Assembly (NCBI GenBank): GCA_038207085.1 | Contig: JBBRAE010000004.1 | Location: 1 to 64,000 of the forward strand | Length of the DNA stretch: 64,000 nucleotides | Direction: 5' to 3' | Source: Armatimonadota bacterium | Lineage (GTDB): Bacteria; Armatimonadota; UBA5829; DTLH01 | Shown here: piece by piece, positions 28,927 to 38,988 of the stretch | Numbering within the stretch: position 1 is the first letter of the stretch | Layout: each line of letters begins with the position of its first letter | Made by a program: the position numbers and the translations under genes | Notes under the pieces: generated by a model | Databases searched by the model: none | What the model was told of the DNA's origin: nothing | Seen by the model: the letters and a program-made list of their open reading frames with translations, nothing else

Positions 28927-30729
28927 TTGCCCGAAATCACCAACATTTCATGGGACCTTTCGGATCTTTTCTCGGGGATAGACGACCCGAATATTGACGA
29001 GACGCTGGATAACTCTCTTGCTCGCGCCAAACTCTTTGCCGAGCGCTACCGTGGCCGGATCGACAGCCCGAACCTTGAGGCCGGCACGCTTCTTTCGGCC
29101 ATCAAGGAGTATGAAGACCTGGTGGTGGATATATCCAAGGTCGGCAACTACGCGGCGTTGGTTTTCTCTGCCGACACGAGCAAACCAGAGCACGGCGCGC
29201 TCTTGATGCACGTTCAGGAGCGGCAGACCGAGATCTCGCTTTTGCTGATTTTCTTCGATCTCGAGCTTATGGCCGTGCCTTCCGAGGTAATGGACCCCGT
29301 CGCAGCCGACCCCGCGATTGCCAATTACAATCACTTCATCCATTCCATGCGCCTCTTCAGGGAGCACCGCCTTCCCGAGTCCGAGGAAAAGATCCTTGAA
29401 GAGAAGGCAAACACCGGCGCGCGCGCGTGGGACAGGTTCTTTGACGAAGTCGTCTCTGCGATGGAGTTCAAGATCACAATCGAAGGCGAGGAGCGCACCC
29501 TGACCGAGCCCGAGGTGCTCGCCCTTATGCGCGAGCCGAAGCGCGAAACCCGCCGCGCCGCCGCCGAGAGCTTCACCGAAGGCCTGATCAAAAACAGCCG
29601 CGTGCTGACTTTCATCTTCAACACGCTTGTCTTCGACAAATCAATCGACGACCGCCTCCGCCGCTACGAGTATCCCGAGCAGTCCCGCAACATCTCAAAC
29701 GAGCTGGAGAGCACGACCGTCGAGACAGTGATCTCGACCTGCGTCGAGGGTTATCCCCTGGTCGCCCGCTACTACCGCAGCAAGCGCGAGATACTCGGCT
29801 ACGACAAGCTCTATCACTACGACCGCTACGCTCCCCTGTTCGAGAGCAAAGAACATTACGCCTTTGACGATGCCAAAAAGATCGTCCTCGAATCGTTCAA
29901 CCGATTTTCCAGCACGCTTGGTGAGTCGGCATCAAAGTTCTTCGAGCACGGCTGGATCGACGCCGAGCCGAGGAAGGGCAAGCGCGGCGGCGCGTTCTGC
30001 ATGTATGTGACGCCGGACCTGCACCCCTATGTGCTTTTGAGCTATCTGAACCGCAAGGACGACATTATGACGCTCGGCCACGAGCTAGGTCATGGCGTCC
30101 ACGCGTATCTGTCGCGCAATCAGACACTTTTCAACTTCTCAAGCGTCCTCCCCGTAGCCGAGCTCGCGAGCACTTTCGGCGAGATGCTGGTCTTTGAGAG
30201 TTTGGTCGCAAATAGCAATTTGGACGAGAAATTGGCGCTCTACGCCGAGAAGATCGAGGGCGCATTCGCGACGATCTTCCGTCAGGCCTCGATGTACCGC
30301 TTCGAGCAGGAGCTCCACCGCGCCCGCCGCGAGCAGGGCGAGCTGACCAAAGAGACGATCGGCGAGATGTGGCAGCGCAACATCCAGGCGATGTTCGGCG
30401 ACTCGGTCGAGCTCTCCGAGGAGCACGCAAACTGGTGGATGTACATCAACCACTTCATAGGCTCCCCGTTTTACGTCTACGCCTACAGCTTTGGCGAGCT
30501 TTTGGTAATGGCGCTTTACTCGATGTACCTCCGCGAAGGCGAGGAGTTCGTCCCCAAATACATCAACATGCTCAAAACCGGCGGCTCATGCTCCCCGCAG
30601 GAGCTTTTGGGAAGAGTCGGCATCGACATCAACGACCCCGAGTTCTGGCGCGGTGGAATGAAGGTAGTCGAGCAGTTGATAGGAGATTTCGAGAAGGTCT
30701 ACACGGAGTACAAAGCTCAGCGAGGATAG
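28927..30729 (+). CDS. pepF: Oligoendopeptidase F (M3B family)
   Basis: WDLSDLF, GKRGGAFC, HELGH zinc motif, AELASTFGE, FYVYAY; AGGAG before TTG 28927. Confidence 0.93.
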   Translation: MPEITNISWDLSDLFSGIDDPNIDETLDNSLARAKLFAERYRGRIDSPNLEAGTLLSAIKEYEDLVVDISKVGNYAALVFSADTSKPEHGALLMHVQERQTEISLLLIFFDLELMAVPSEVMDPVAADPAIANYNHFIHSMRLFREHRLPESEEKILEEKANTGARAWDRFFDEVVSAMEFKITIEGEERTLTEPEVLALMREPKRETRRAAAESFTEGLIKNSRVLTFIFNTLVFDKSIDDRLRRYEYPEQSRNISNELESTTVETVISTCVEGYPLVARYYRSKREILGYDKLYHYDRYAPLFESKEHYAFDDAKKIVLESFNRFSSTLGESASKFFEHGWIDAEPRKGKRGGAFCMYVTPDLHPYVLLSYLNRKDDIMTLGHELGHGVHAYLSRNQTLFNFSSVLPVAELASTFGEMLVFESLVANSNLDEKLALYAEKIEGAFATIFRQASMYRFEQELHRARREQGELTKETIGEMWQRNIQAMFGDSVELSEEHANWWMYINHFIGSPFYVYAYSFGELLVMALYSMYLREGEEFVPKYINMLKTGGSCSPQELLGRVGIDINDPEFWRGGMKVVEQLIGDFEKVYTEYKAQRG

Positions 30730-30779
30730 TTCATTGTATGATCGCTGGGGAGATTGCCGAAGACGATCTCTCCAGCGAC

Positions 30780-30974
30780 TTATTCAACGTCGTTTCGGTT
30801 TCTGACCTCTGATATGGCGGTCTCCAAGTCTTGTCTGGTGAACCGACGCTCTGACGCTTCTTTGCGTAGTTGCTCGGTAACTGTATCCAGCGTTCTTGGT
30901 GTCGACAATGTCGGGTCTTCTGATGATGCTCGCGCCCGTGAATCTGGCATATCATTTCCCTGCCGTGGTGTCAT
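30780..30974 (-). CDS. Small hypothetical protein coupled to the Bro-N gene
   Basis: 64 aa; ATGA overlap with the Bro-N stop. Confidence 0.4.
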   Translation of the reverse strand: MTPRQGNDMPDSRARASSEDPTLSTPRTLDTVTEQLRKEASERRFTRQDLETAISEVRNRNDVE

Positions 30975-31810
30975 TGCAGCTCTTCCATCGGCTGTTCAGC
31001 CCGCAACTGCTTTGCATTTTGCTCGGTTATCACAGTCTTGCCGGTTTTTGCTTCTATGTCTTTTCTGGCGTTTCCGGCAACTGACCCACCCTGACGGGCA
31101 ACGTTGCGATTGTCGTCAAACGTTTCGGGTTTTTTCTGTCTAGAGATTTCTGTAGTGGAGACCTCTGCGAGCATGTTCAATACAAGCTCCATATTATTCA
31201 TATTGTCCCGAAGGTTCTCTTTTTTGAGACTCTTCAGTTGCTTGTATTCTTTCGTCGAAAGCCCACTCCAGGCTCTGGTAATCTCATCGGTCAGGATTGC
31301 GAACTCCTGTCCCTTTTCGATTCCGCGGTTCTCCCATTCATCGGTCAACTCCTTGCGGATATCGATGCTTTTGAGTCGCTGGTTGATCCACTCCTTGGAA
31401 TAGCCTTTCTTCAGGTATGTTCCCATTGCCCTTTCGAAAGCCTTTTCGGGATCTTCGGTCTCTTCTATGCGTTCGTAGCCTACTCTAGCCAGCCACTGCT
31501 TGAAGGGTTCGGCTTTGGGCGAAGGAATGGACTGGATAAGGCGAAGCAACTGCTCGGTGTCCGCTACGTCGGTAAGGCGCATCTTTCCGTCTTGCGAAGG
31601 CATTTTCAACTGTCCGATTTTTTCGGACAGTTGACTACCTTCTGCTTGGAGCTTTGCCTTTAAGTCGTTCCAGTACTTTCTGGGTCGATCAGTTCCTGTC
31701 AGAACACCAACGACATCCACGACGCTGAAATACCATTTCTCAACATCGGCATTCCAAAGCGCGCGAACTTGCTTCGATTCAAATAGCTTGATTGCGGTTT
31801 CTTTGGTCAT
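30971..31810 (-). CDS. BRO-N domain (antirepressor-like) protein
   Basis: WYFSVVDVV...YWNDLK...RLIQSIPSPKAEPFKQWLA...NLRDNM; AT-richer than neighbours. Confidence 0.88.
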   Translation of the reverse strand: MTKETAIKLFESKQVRALWNADVEKWYFSVVDVVGVLTGTDRPRKYWNDLKAKLQAEGSQLSEKIGQLKMPSQDGKMRLTDVADTEQLLRLIQSIPSPKAEPFKQWLARVGYERIEETEDPEKAFERAMGTYLKKGYSKEWINQRLKSIDIRKELTDEWENRGIEKGQEFAILTDEITRAWSGLSTKEYKQLKSLKKENLRDNMNNMELVLNMLAEVSTTEISRQKKPETFDDNRNVARQGGSVAGNARKDIEAKTGKTVITEQNAKQLRAEQPMEELQ

Positions 31811-31828
31811 AGTTCACCCCCACCTATG

Positions 31829-31942
31829 GATTTTCGGCAGATAGCATTACGGTCAGCCACAAAGTATTTGAGCCGAAAATCTCTCTCGACTTTCGGTCTC
31901 AAAACTGAGTGCATACGCGTTAAGTCATCGCCTGAAAGTCAA
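31829..31942. repeat. 114-bp tandem double-hairpin element, copy 1
   Basis: gattttcggc/gccgaaaatc plus gactttcgg/ctgaaagtc; aligns without gaps to 63033-63146. Confidence 0.75.
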
Positions 31943-31962
31943 TAGATTATACACCCATTGCG

Positions 31963-31992
31963 AAAAGGGTGGCGACCCCCACGCCGCCACCC
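31963..31992 (-). terminator. Intrinsic terminator after nrdJ
   Basis: GGGTGGCG...CGCCACCC stem followed by TTTT on the minus strand. Confidence 0.65.
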
Positions 31993-32029
31993 CAAGCTAA
32001 CAGCTAAACGCTAATAGCCAACAGCTTCC

Positions 32030-34264
32030 CTACCCGCAGCGACTAAACCCGCACAGTCGGCACACCATACACCCACTTTCGTGCTCGATCACGCCGCCGC
32101 AGTCGGGGCAGGCGCCCATTAGGTTGTCGAGCTTGTCGATGGATTTGTGGAGTGTCTCACCGGTCATGCCGTTTTCGTCTTTGGAAGTGAGATAACGCTC
32201 CATAGCGATTCCGATCGCGTCGGCACAGGAGAGGATCGCCCCTCCCGCTCCCCAGCTCGGGCTCGGGCAGCGGATGCCCCGCAGGTGCTTCACAAGCGCG
32301 CGCGGATTAACTCCGGTGCGAAGCGAGATCGACACGAGCCTGCCGATTGCTTCAAGCTGACTCGCCGCGCAGCCTCCGGCCTTGCCCATAGCGGTGAAGA
32401 CCTCGCAGAGCCCCTCTTCGTCCTCGTTGATCGTGACGTAGAGGTTGCCGCAGCCGGTCGATATGCGCTCGGTCGCGCCCCATGTGCGGCTCGGCCTCTG
32501 TCTCGGACCCCGAACAACCGAATCCTTATGAGCGGCTTCGGTCGCCTTCTTGTCGCCTGAGAACGAAAGCACCTGCTCGTCGCGGCTGCCGTAGCGGTAG
32601 ATCGTCACGCCCTTGCAGCCCTCTTTGTAGGCAAGCGTGTAGACCTCGCGCACGTCGTCGTTGGTCGCGGTTTCAGGGAAGTTGACAGTCTTGGAAACCG
32701 CGTTGTCGGTGAATCGCTGGAACGCCGCCTGCATCCTGATGTGCCACACCGGAGGAATATCAAGCGCCGTGCCAAACACACGCTGAACGTCCATCGGCAC
32801 GCTGTCCAGACCCCGGACGCTTCCGCGTGCGGCGATCTCACGCATCAGTTCTTCGCTGTAGAACTCCCGCTCGCGGGCGATCTTCTCGAAGTAGGGGTTG
32901 GCCTCCACAAGCTCGGCCCCGTCCATGACGCGCCGGACGTAGCTGATCGCAAACAGCGGCTCAACGCCGCTTGAGCACGCCGCAATGATCGAAAGCGTCC
33001 CCGTAGGAGCAATGGTCGTAACCGTCGCGTTGCGGACTTTCATGCCCTCGTGGGTGTCGTAGACGCTTCCTTCGAAGTTCGGGAAGACCCCGCGCTCCTC
33101 GGCAAGCTCCGCGCTCATCTTGCGGCCCTCTTCGGAGATGAAGCTCATCACCTCTTCGGCCTTCTGTACGCCTTCTTCGCTGTCGTAGGGAATGCCGAGC
33201 TGAATCAGCATATCGGCAAACCCCATCACGCCAAGCCCGATTTTGCGGTTGCCGCGGGTCATCTGGCTGATCTCGTCGATCGGGTAGCGGTTGACGTCGA
33301 TCACGTTGTCGAGGAACCGCACAGCCCTCCGCACGGTATCGCGGATCAGGTCATAGTTGACGACGAAACGCCCTTCCTCTACCACAATCATCCGTGCGAG
33401 GTTGATAGACCCCAGGTTGCACGACTCGTAAGGCAGAAGCGGCTGCTCCCCGCAGGGGTTGGTCGACTCGATCTCGCCCAGGTGCGGAGTCGGGTTGTCG
33501 CGGTTGATCCGGTCGATGAATATGATCCCCGGCTCACCGTTCGACCACGCCATGTTGACGATCAGGTCAAACACCTTGCGCGCGGAAAGCCCCTTCACCG
33601 TCTCTTTTGTGCGCGGGTTATAAAGATCGTAGTCTTTATCTGCCTCGACCGCTTCCATGAACTTCTCAGTGATTAGCACGGAGATATTGAAGTTGGTCAG
33701 CCGGCTAAGGTCCTTCTTACATGTAATAAAGTCCAAAATATCCGGGTGATCTACCCTTAGGCAGCCCATATTCGCCCCGCGCCTGGTTCCGCCCTGTTTG
33801 ATGGCCTCGGTCGCGGAGTTGAAGACGTCCATAAACGTGATGGGACCGCTTGAGACACCGTTGGTCGACTGCACCACGTCATTTGCCGGGCGAAGCCTGG
33901 AAAAGGCGAACCCGGTTCCGCCGCCGCTTTTGTGAATCAGCGCAGTGTGCTTGATCGTCTCGAATATGCTGTCCATCGAGTCGTCGATCGGCAGCACGAA
34001 GCACGCCGAGAGCTGCCCAAGCTCTCGCCCGGCGTTCATCAGCGTCGGGCTGTTGGGCAGGAACTCGAGTTTGGAGATCATATCGTAGAACTCGCCAGCG
34101 ACAGCCTTTGTGTCGGACTTGGTCCGTCCGTAGGCGCGTTCGGCCTCAGCGATCGATGTCGCGACCCTCTTGAACATATCCTCCGGGCCCTCGACAGTCT
34201 TTCCTTCTTCGTTCTTGCGAAGATACCGTTTTTCCAGCACGGTCAGAGCATTTTGCGTAAGCAT
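32030..34264 (-). CDS. nrdJ: Class II (B12-dependent) ribonucleotide reductase with C-terminal TSCPD-like and Zn-ribbon domains
   Basis: PNSPTLMNAG, LSACFV, STNPCGEQPL, ESCNLGS, TIAPTGT, SKTVN, LSCAD, CPDC...CMVCRLCGFSRC. Confidence 0.96.
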   Translation of the reverse strand: MLTQNALTVLEKRYLRKNEEGKTVEGPEDMFKRVATSIAEAERAYGRTKSDTKAVAGEFYDMISKLEFLPNSPTLMNAGRELGQLSACFVLPIDDSMDSIFETIKHTALIHKSGGGTGFAFSRLRPANDVVQSTNGVSSGPITFMDVFNSATEAIKQGGTRRGANMGCLRVDHPDILDFITCKKDLSRLTNFNISVLITEKFMEAVEADKDYDLYNPRTKETVKGLSARKVFDLIVNMAWSNGEPGIIFIDRINRDNPTPHLGEIESTNPCGEQPLLPYESCNLGSINLARMIVVEEGRFVVNYDLIRDTVRRAVRFLDNVIDVNRYPIDEISQMTRGNRKIGLGVMGFADMLIQLGIPYDSEEGVQKAEEVMSFISEEGRKMSAELAEERGVFPNFEGSVYDTHEGMKVRNATVTTIAPTGTLSIIAACSSGVEPLFAISYVRRVMDGAELVEANPYFEKIAREREFYSEELMREIAARGSVRGLDSVPMDVQRVFGTALDIPPVWHIRMQAAFQRFTDNAVSKTVNFPETATNDDVREVYTLAYKEGCKGVTIYRYGSRDEQVLSFSGDKKATEAAHKDSVVRGPRQRPSRTWGATERISTGCGNLYVTINEDEEGLCEVFTAMGKAGGCAASQLEAIGRLVSISLRTGVNPRALVKHLRGIRCPSPSWGAGGAILSCADAIGIAMERYLTSKDENGMTGETLHKSIDKLDNLMGACPDCGGVIEHESGCMVCRLCGFSRCG

Positions 34265-34293
34265 TACAACTTTCCCTCCATGGCAAATACTGG

Positions 34294-34355
34294 GGGATAG
34301 GGGTTAGGGGATAGAGGCTAGCAATACCAGCCCCTAACCCCCAACCTCCAACCCC
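34294..34355. repeat. Inverted heptamer tandem repeats
   Basis: (gggatag/gggttag)x4 facing (caacccc/taacccc)x4 between nrdR and nrdJ. Confidence 0.6.
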
Positions 34356-34841
34356 TCACTCGGGTTTTCTTATCGATGGGCGACGGCTTTTGCGTCCGCC
34401 CAGAATATCCACAATCTCTTTAAACTGCGTCACGTCCTCGAACTGTCGATAGACCGACGCAAACCGGACAAACGCTACCTGATCGAGCTTTTGCAGCGCA
34501 TTGATGACCATATCCCCGACCTCAGCCGAGCTGATCTCCCGCGGCCCCGAGTCATAGATCGACCGCTCGATATCATCGACGGCAGACTCAAGCACTTCGA
34601 TGCTCACGGGCCGCTTTTCGCAGGCTGTAATCATCCCCCGGAGCACTTTCTGCCTGTCAAACGGCTCGCGTCGCTGGTCTTTTTTTATGACCATGACCTG
34701 CATTTCCTCGATGTGCTCGTATGTCGTAAACCGACGATTGCACCGCAGGCATTCGCGTCGTCTCTTGACCGCTTCGCTGTCGCGCACGCTTCGTGAATCG
34801 AGCACTCTATCTTCAAGATGTCCGCAGTATGGGCACTTCAT
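34356..34841 (-). CDS. nrdR: Transcriptional repressor NrdR
   Basis: MKCPYC...VLDSR...RRRECLRC..RFTTYE, ATP cone, VRFASVYRQF. Confidence 0.98.
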   Translation of the reverse strand: MKCPYCGHLEDRVLDSRSVRDSEAVKRRRECLRCNRRFTTYEHIEEMQVMVIKKDQRREPFDRQKVLRGMITACEKRPVSIEVLESAVDDIERSIYDSGPREISSAEVGDMVINALQKLDQVAFVRFASVYRQFEDVTQFKEIVDILGGRKSRRPSIRKPE

Positions 34842-34856
34842 GATACACCCGCTCTC

Positions 34857-34909
34857 CTACTACATATTGTGTGGCGGTTAAGGATATCACACCATATATA
34901 CCGTGTCAA
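34857..34909 (-). promoter_or_regulatory. nrdR-nrdJ promoter with two NrdR boxes
   Basis: ctaCtAcATaTtGtgt (34857-34872) and acaCcAtATaTaccgt (34889-34904), 32 bp apart; minus-strand TTGACA-17-TATCCT. Confidence 0.75.
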
Positions 34910-35050
34910 GAGGACATATTAACAGATATGGGGAGAATTTCTCCGGTTGATTTTGCCTGTGGATATTGACAATCCCTGGGCGGTCAGATCGCTGGGGGAG
35001 CCAAGAAACACCCCCTTCACAAAACCGCGAAACGCTGCTAAAATGCGGGT

Positions 35051-35893
35051 GTGAGCGATCAATTATCGTCAACGGCAAAGTTGACAGCAAAAATCGATAG
35101 CCAAAAGCACCCGATCATTGAGCTGCTTCGTGACCTGCAGACAGAAAAAGGCAGGGAGGAGTTCGGCCAGTTCTACGTTGAGGGGCCGATGATCGTTCTG
35201 CGCGCGCTTGAATACGGCGTGCGGATCGACTCGATCATCTGCACCGACAAATACGCCGCGTCGCTTAACTCGGGACCTCTTCTTGACGTCGCAAGAGCTG
35301 CAGGCGTGCCCGCCTATGCCGTCACCGAAGGGCTGATGGGAAAGATCATCCCAGCCAAGCCCTCCCCAGGAGTCGTCGCGATAGTCGAGCGCAAACTCCA
35401 CTCACCCGCCGATATCCTCGCCGGAACCAGCCCACTTGTAGTCATGATCGACCGCTGTGAGAACCCCGACAACCTCGGGATGCTGCTGCGGTCGCTTGAC
35501 GCGGCTGGGGTCGACGGTGTGGTGTTGACCGACGACAGTGTGGACCCGTTCTCCAGGCTTTCAGTAAGAGCGTCGCGGGGTTCGGTCCTCAGCCTCAACA
35601 TGTCGGTGGTGGATCAGCCCGAGCACTGGCTTGAGGACGCGAAGCTACGGGGGTTCCAGATAATGGCGACTTCGGCTCATGGCAGCGTGGGGCTTTGGAC
35701 GGTGGACCTAAAGAGGTCGACGATCATCGTGGTTGGAAACGAGCACACCGGCGTTCGCGACAGTATCCGTCAGATGGCCGATATTCTAACGGTTATCCCG
35801 ATGTCCGGCAAGATGGAGTCGCTGAACATAGCCGTTTCCGGCGCGATACTTGCCTACGAAGCCGTTCGCCAGCGCAGCGTTTCCAGTGAATAA
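35051..35893 (+). CDS. TrmH/SpoU-family RNA 2'-O-methyltransferase
   Basis: NPDNLGMLLRS, VGNEHTG, IPMSGKMESLNIAVS. Confidence 0.93.
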   Translation: MSDQLSSTAKLTAKIDSQKHPIIELLRDLQTEKGREEFGQFYVEGPMIVLRALEYGVRIDSIICTDKYAASLNSGPLLDVARAAGVPAYAVTEGLMGKIIPAKPSPGVVAIVERKLHSPADILAGTSPLVVMIDRCENPDNLGMLLRSLDAAGVDGVVLTDDSVDPFSRLSVRASRGSVLSLNMSVVDQPEHWLEDAKLRGFQIMATSAHGSVGLWTVDLKRSTIIVVGNEHTGVRDSIRQMADILTVIPMSGKMESLNIAVSGAILAYEAVRQRSVSSE

Positions 35894-35941
35894 CGCGGGT
35901 TAGCTTCGGCTGCGCCAAGGCGTTTGACGCAGCCGGGAATG

Positions 35942-36424
35942 TCAATCTGCCACTGGTTCGCCGGTGATGCGTTCGCGCGCCATCAGGACGGCCTGTTCCC
36001 GCAGGTAGTCGAGGTGGTCCTCTTCTTCTTCGAGGTTGGTCTCAAACAGACCGCAGACGTCCTCCTGCCCGATCTCCTCGCAGAGTTCGTAGAACATCTC
36101 TTCGGCATCGGCTGACTTGTATTTTGCGAGGATAGTGGCGCGCAGCATATCTATCGGGTCGTCGCTTGTCGTCTCGACGATCTTCATGCACACCTCTTTG
36201 CCGCGCTTTATGCGCTGTTCGGCGTCCGCGGGTCTCCCGATGATCTCCAGCGCGCGCTCCATGTTGCGGACGTGCTGCTGGTCTTCGTCGTGGATATCCT
36301 GAAGCTGTCGCTTCATCCCCGGTTCGAGCTGCCCATCATTTATAAGTTTGTGCTCGGCCTCTATAACCCCATACTCGTTCCCAAGTGTCTCGGCCAGCGT
36401 GGCCGACAGGTAGTTACTATCCAT
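35942..36424 (-). CDS. Ferritin-like (DUF892/YciE-like) protein
   Basis: Four-helix pattern with EDQQH and EEEDH; GGAGG before ATG 36424. Confidence 0.7.
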   Translation of the reverse strand: MDSNYLSATLAETLGNEYGVIEAEHKLINDGQLEPGMKRQLQDIHDEDQQHVRNMERALEIIGRPADAEQRIKRGKEVCMKIVETTSDDPIDMLRATILAKYKSADAEEMFYELCEEIGQEDVCGLFETNLEEEEDHLDYLREQAVLMARERITGEPVAD

Positions 36425-36627
36425 CTCGGTGTTGTCCTCCGTCGGTTTTGCAGCACAGTGTCGATACCCCGAGCAGGGATGAGCCAAACGAGCCTATTGA
36501 CATGCGCGGAAAACGTGTGATCGTGAAGGTGATCGGAGAATAAGCTGTGGGTATCGTTGTACCTCATCATTATCATGGTATAATCAAATATCGGTGTTAT
36601 TGCCGGCAGCTCTTCTGGAGTAGATTT

Positions 36628-38985
36628 ATGAGAATGTTGCTGGCGCTCGCGGCTGTGATAGCTGTTGTGGGCGCGTGTCTTGCCGATCCCCTGATCCGGC
36701 TTCAGAATACGACGTTCGATCCACTTGCCAAAGGCGCAGCGACGCAGAGTGCTGCGGCTCCGTCCGAGCGCGCCTCCGACGGCAAGGGCTACTATATCCT
36801 GCAATTTATGGGGCCGATTATCGACGCCTGGAAGTCCGACGCAGAGGCAGCAGGCGCAGAGCTCCTCGAATACATCCCCGACTTCGCCTTTATCATCCGG
36901 GCCGACAAGTCTGCCGAACCCAAACTGCGCACGCTTTCAAGCGTCCGCTGGCTCGGTGACTACGCGCCCGCTTATCGCATTTCAAAGAAGCTCAAGACCG
37001 ACTCCGAGGACGATGTGGTCATCCGCCTGTTTCCCGGCGTTGACCCCAAAGCCGTGCGCGACAGGGTCGCCAAGGCAGGCGGTGTGATCGAAGACGGGGG
37101 TACCCGCAAAGTCCGCGCAAAGCTGCACGGCAAGCGCCTTTTGGAGATCTCCCGCACCCCCGGAGTCGTCTGGATCGAACCTCGACCAAACTACGTGCTC
37201 TCAAACAGTATGGCGCGGGGCATAATCGGCGCGAACACCGTCTCCCAGTCGCTCGGGATCTACGGTGCGGGTCAAATCGTCGCCATAGCCGACACCGGCC
37301 TTGACACCGGAAGCACCGCCACCCTTTCTGCCGATTTCGCGGGCAGGCTCATCAAGGCCTACGCCCTTGGACGAACCAGCCCCGCCGACTGGAGCGATAC
37401 CAATGGCCACGGCACCCACGTCGCAGGCTCCATCCTCGGGAACGGCTCGCTCTCAGGAAGTGTCCCACTTTCCCAGAACTATGCAAGCTCCTTTGCCGGA
37501 GTAGCTCCTGAGGCCTCTCTTGTGTTTCAGTCGCTCTTGGACAGCAGTGATGGGCTTGGCGGCCTGCCGTCGAACCTGAACGATCTATTCTTGTCGCCCT
37601 ACAACGACGGCGCGCGGGTGCACAGCAACAGCTGGGGGGATAACGAAACCTCCTTAGCTGGCAACTACACCATCGACTCCCGTGAGGTCGATCAGTTTGT
37701 CTTTGCGAACAAAGACATGGTCATCTGCTTCGCCGCCGGGAATACCGGCACCGATCAAAACCCGGCCGACGGCTTTGTCGACCAGGGGAGCATAGAACCA
37801 CCGGGGACCGCGAAGAACTGCATTGCAGTCGGCGCAAGCGAAGGAAACACCACAAACGGCTATCAGGGCACCTGGGGAGCCCAGAACTGGGGGCTCACAA
37901 CAAGCCCGATATCCTCTGACAAAATGTCCAACAACCCGCTTGGGATGGCAGGTTTTAGCTCGCGGGGGCCGACCGACGACGGACGCATCAAGCCCGATAT
38001 CGTCGCTCCCGGCACAAACATCGTCTCCTGCTTCTCGCACGCACCCGGTGCAGGGACTTTTTGGGGTACCTACACAGGTAATTCTAACTACGTATACTCA
38101 GGCGGCACGAGCATGTCTACCCCGATTGTTGCCGGCGCATGCGCCCTTTTGCGCGAGTATTACTTCAACAAAGGAATTACCACTCCGTCCGCCGCTCTGA
38201 TCAAGGCGAGCCTCCTAAACGGCGCTTTTGATATGACCCCGGGCCAGTATCCATTCCCACCCGGCCCCAAGGAGATCACCCGCAGGGCGGACTTTGCGCA
38301 GGGGTGGGGTAGGCTCGACCTGAAGAACACCATCCTGCCTGCCGTTGGACGCTACGTCTACCCGAACGACGTGACGACTGGGCTTTCGACCAACGGGTCG
38401 AGGACTTTTTCCTACTATGTGGCGTCGAGCAGCGAGCCGCTTCGTGTTACGCTTGTGTGGAGCGACTACCAGGGCTCTACAGTCGGCCAAAAGAGGCTTG
38501 TGAACGATCTTGACCTCAAATTGACCACTCCCGGCGGCGTTGTTTACTGGGGAAACGACTTCACATCGGCTGGAACGGGTGACCGAAAGAACAACGTCGA
38601 GGGTATAGACATACTTTCTCCTACTACCGGGCTTTACACTCTGAGCGTGCAGGCGTATAATGTCCCAGAGGGTCCACAGCCGTTCGCGCTTGTTGTGTCG
38701 GGCGCGGTGACTGAATCACAGGCTGTCGCCGTCGGCGCACTATCGGCGGCCAAGGCTCTGCCGGACGGCTCGCTGATCAAACTTTCAGGCAAGACCGTGG
38801 TTGCCGGCACCGATTCGTTTGTAGACAGATTTTATATTGAGGAGTCAGACCGTTCTTCGGGAATCCGCGTGCAATACGGCGCTGGAGGCGGCCCGCTCGT
38901 GCGAGAGGGCGACGTTGTTACGGTTACAGGCACGCTCGCAACTGTGAGCGGGGAAAGGGTTGTCAAAGACCCCATTGTCAATTGA
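36628..38985 (+). CDS. Secreted S8 subtilase (Kp43-like) with C-terminal OB-fold-like domain
   Basis: Signal peptide; triad IADTG / HGTHVAG / GTSMSTP; VTLVWSD...LVNDLDL...NNVE. Confidence 0.93.
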   Translation: MRMLLALAAVIAVVGACLADPLIRLQNTTFDPLAKGAATQSAAAPSERASDGKGYYILQFMGPIIDAWKSDAEAAGAELLEYIPDFAFIIRADKSAEPKLRTLSSVRWLGDYAPAYRISKKLKTDSEDDVVIRLFPGVDPKAVRDRVAKAGGVIEDGGTRKVRAKLHGKRLLEISRTPGVVWIEPRPNYVLSNSMARGIIGANTVSQSLGIYGAGQIVAIADTGLDTGSTATLSADFAGRLIKAYALGRTSPADWSDTNGHGTHVAGSILGNGSLSGSVPLSQNYASSFAGVAPEASLVFQSLLDSSDGLGGLPSNLNDLFLSPYNDGARVHSNSWGDNETSLAGNYTIDSREVDQFVFANKDMVICFAAGNTGTDQNPADGFVDQGSIEPPGTAKNCIAVGASEGNTTNGYQGTWGAQNWGLTTSPISSDKMSNNPLGMAGFSSRGPTDDGRIKPDIVAPGTNIVSCFSHAPGAGTFWGTYTGNSNYVYSGGTSMSTPIVAGACALLREYYFNKGITTPSAALIKASLLNGAFDMTPGQYPFPPGPKEITRRADFAQGWGRLDLKNTILPAVGRYVYPNDVTTGLSTNGSRTFSYYVASSSEPLRVTLVWSDYQGSTVGQKRLVNDLDLKLTTPGGVVYWGNDFTSAGTGDRKNNVEGIDILSPTTGLYTLSVQAYNVPEGPQPFALVVSGAVTESQAVAVGALSAAKALPDGSLIKLSGKTVVAGTDSFVDRFYIEESDRSSGIRVQYGAGGGPLVREGDVVTVTGTLATVSGERVVKDPIVN

Positions 38986-38988
38986 GAC

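Noticed and set aside
34265..34355. Cobalamin riboswitch upstream of nrdJ
   Set aside because: The gap is only ~90 nt and is filled by heptamer repeats; no B12-box seen.
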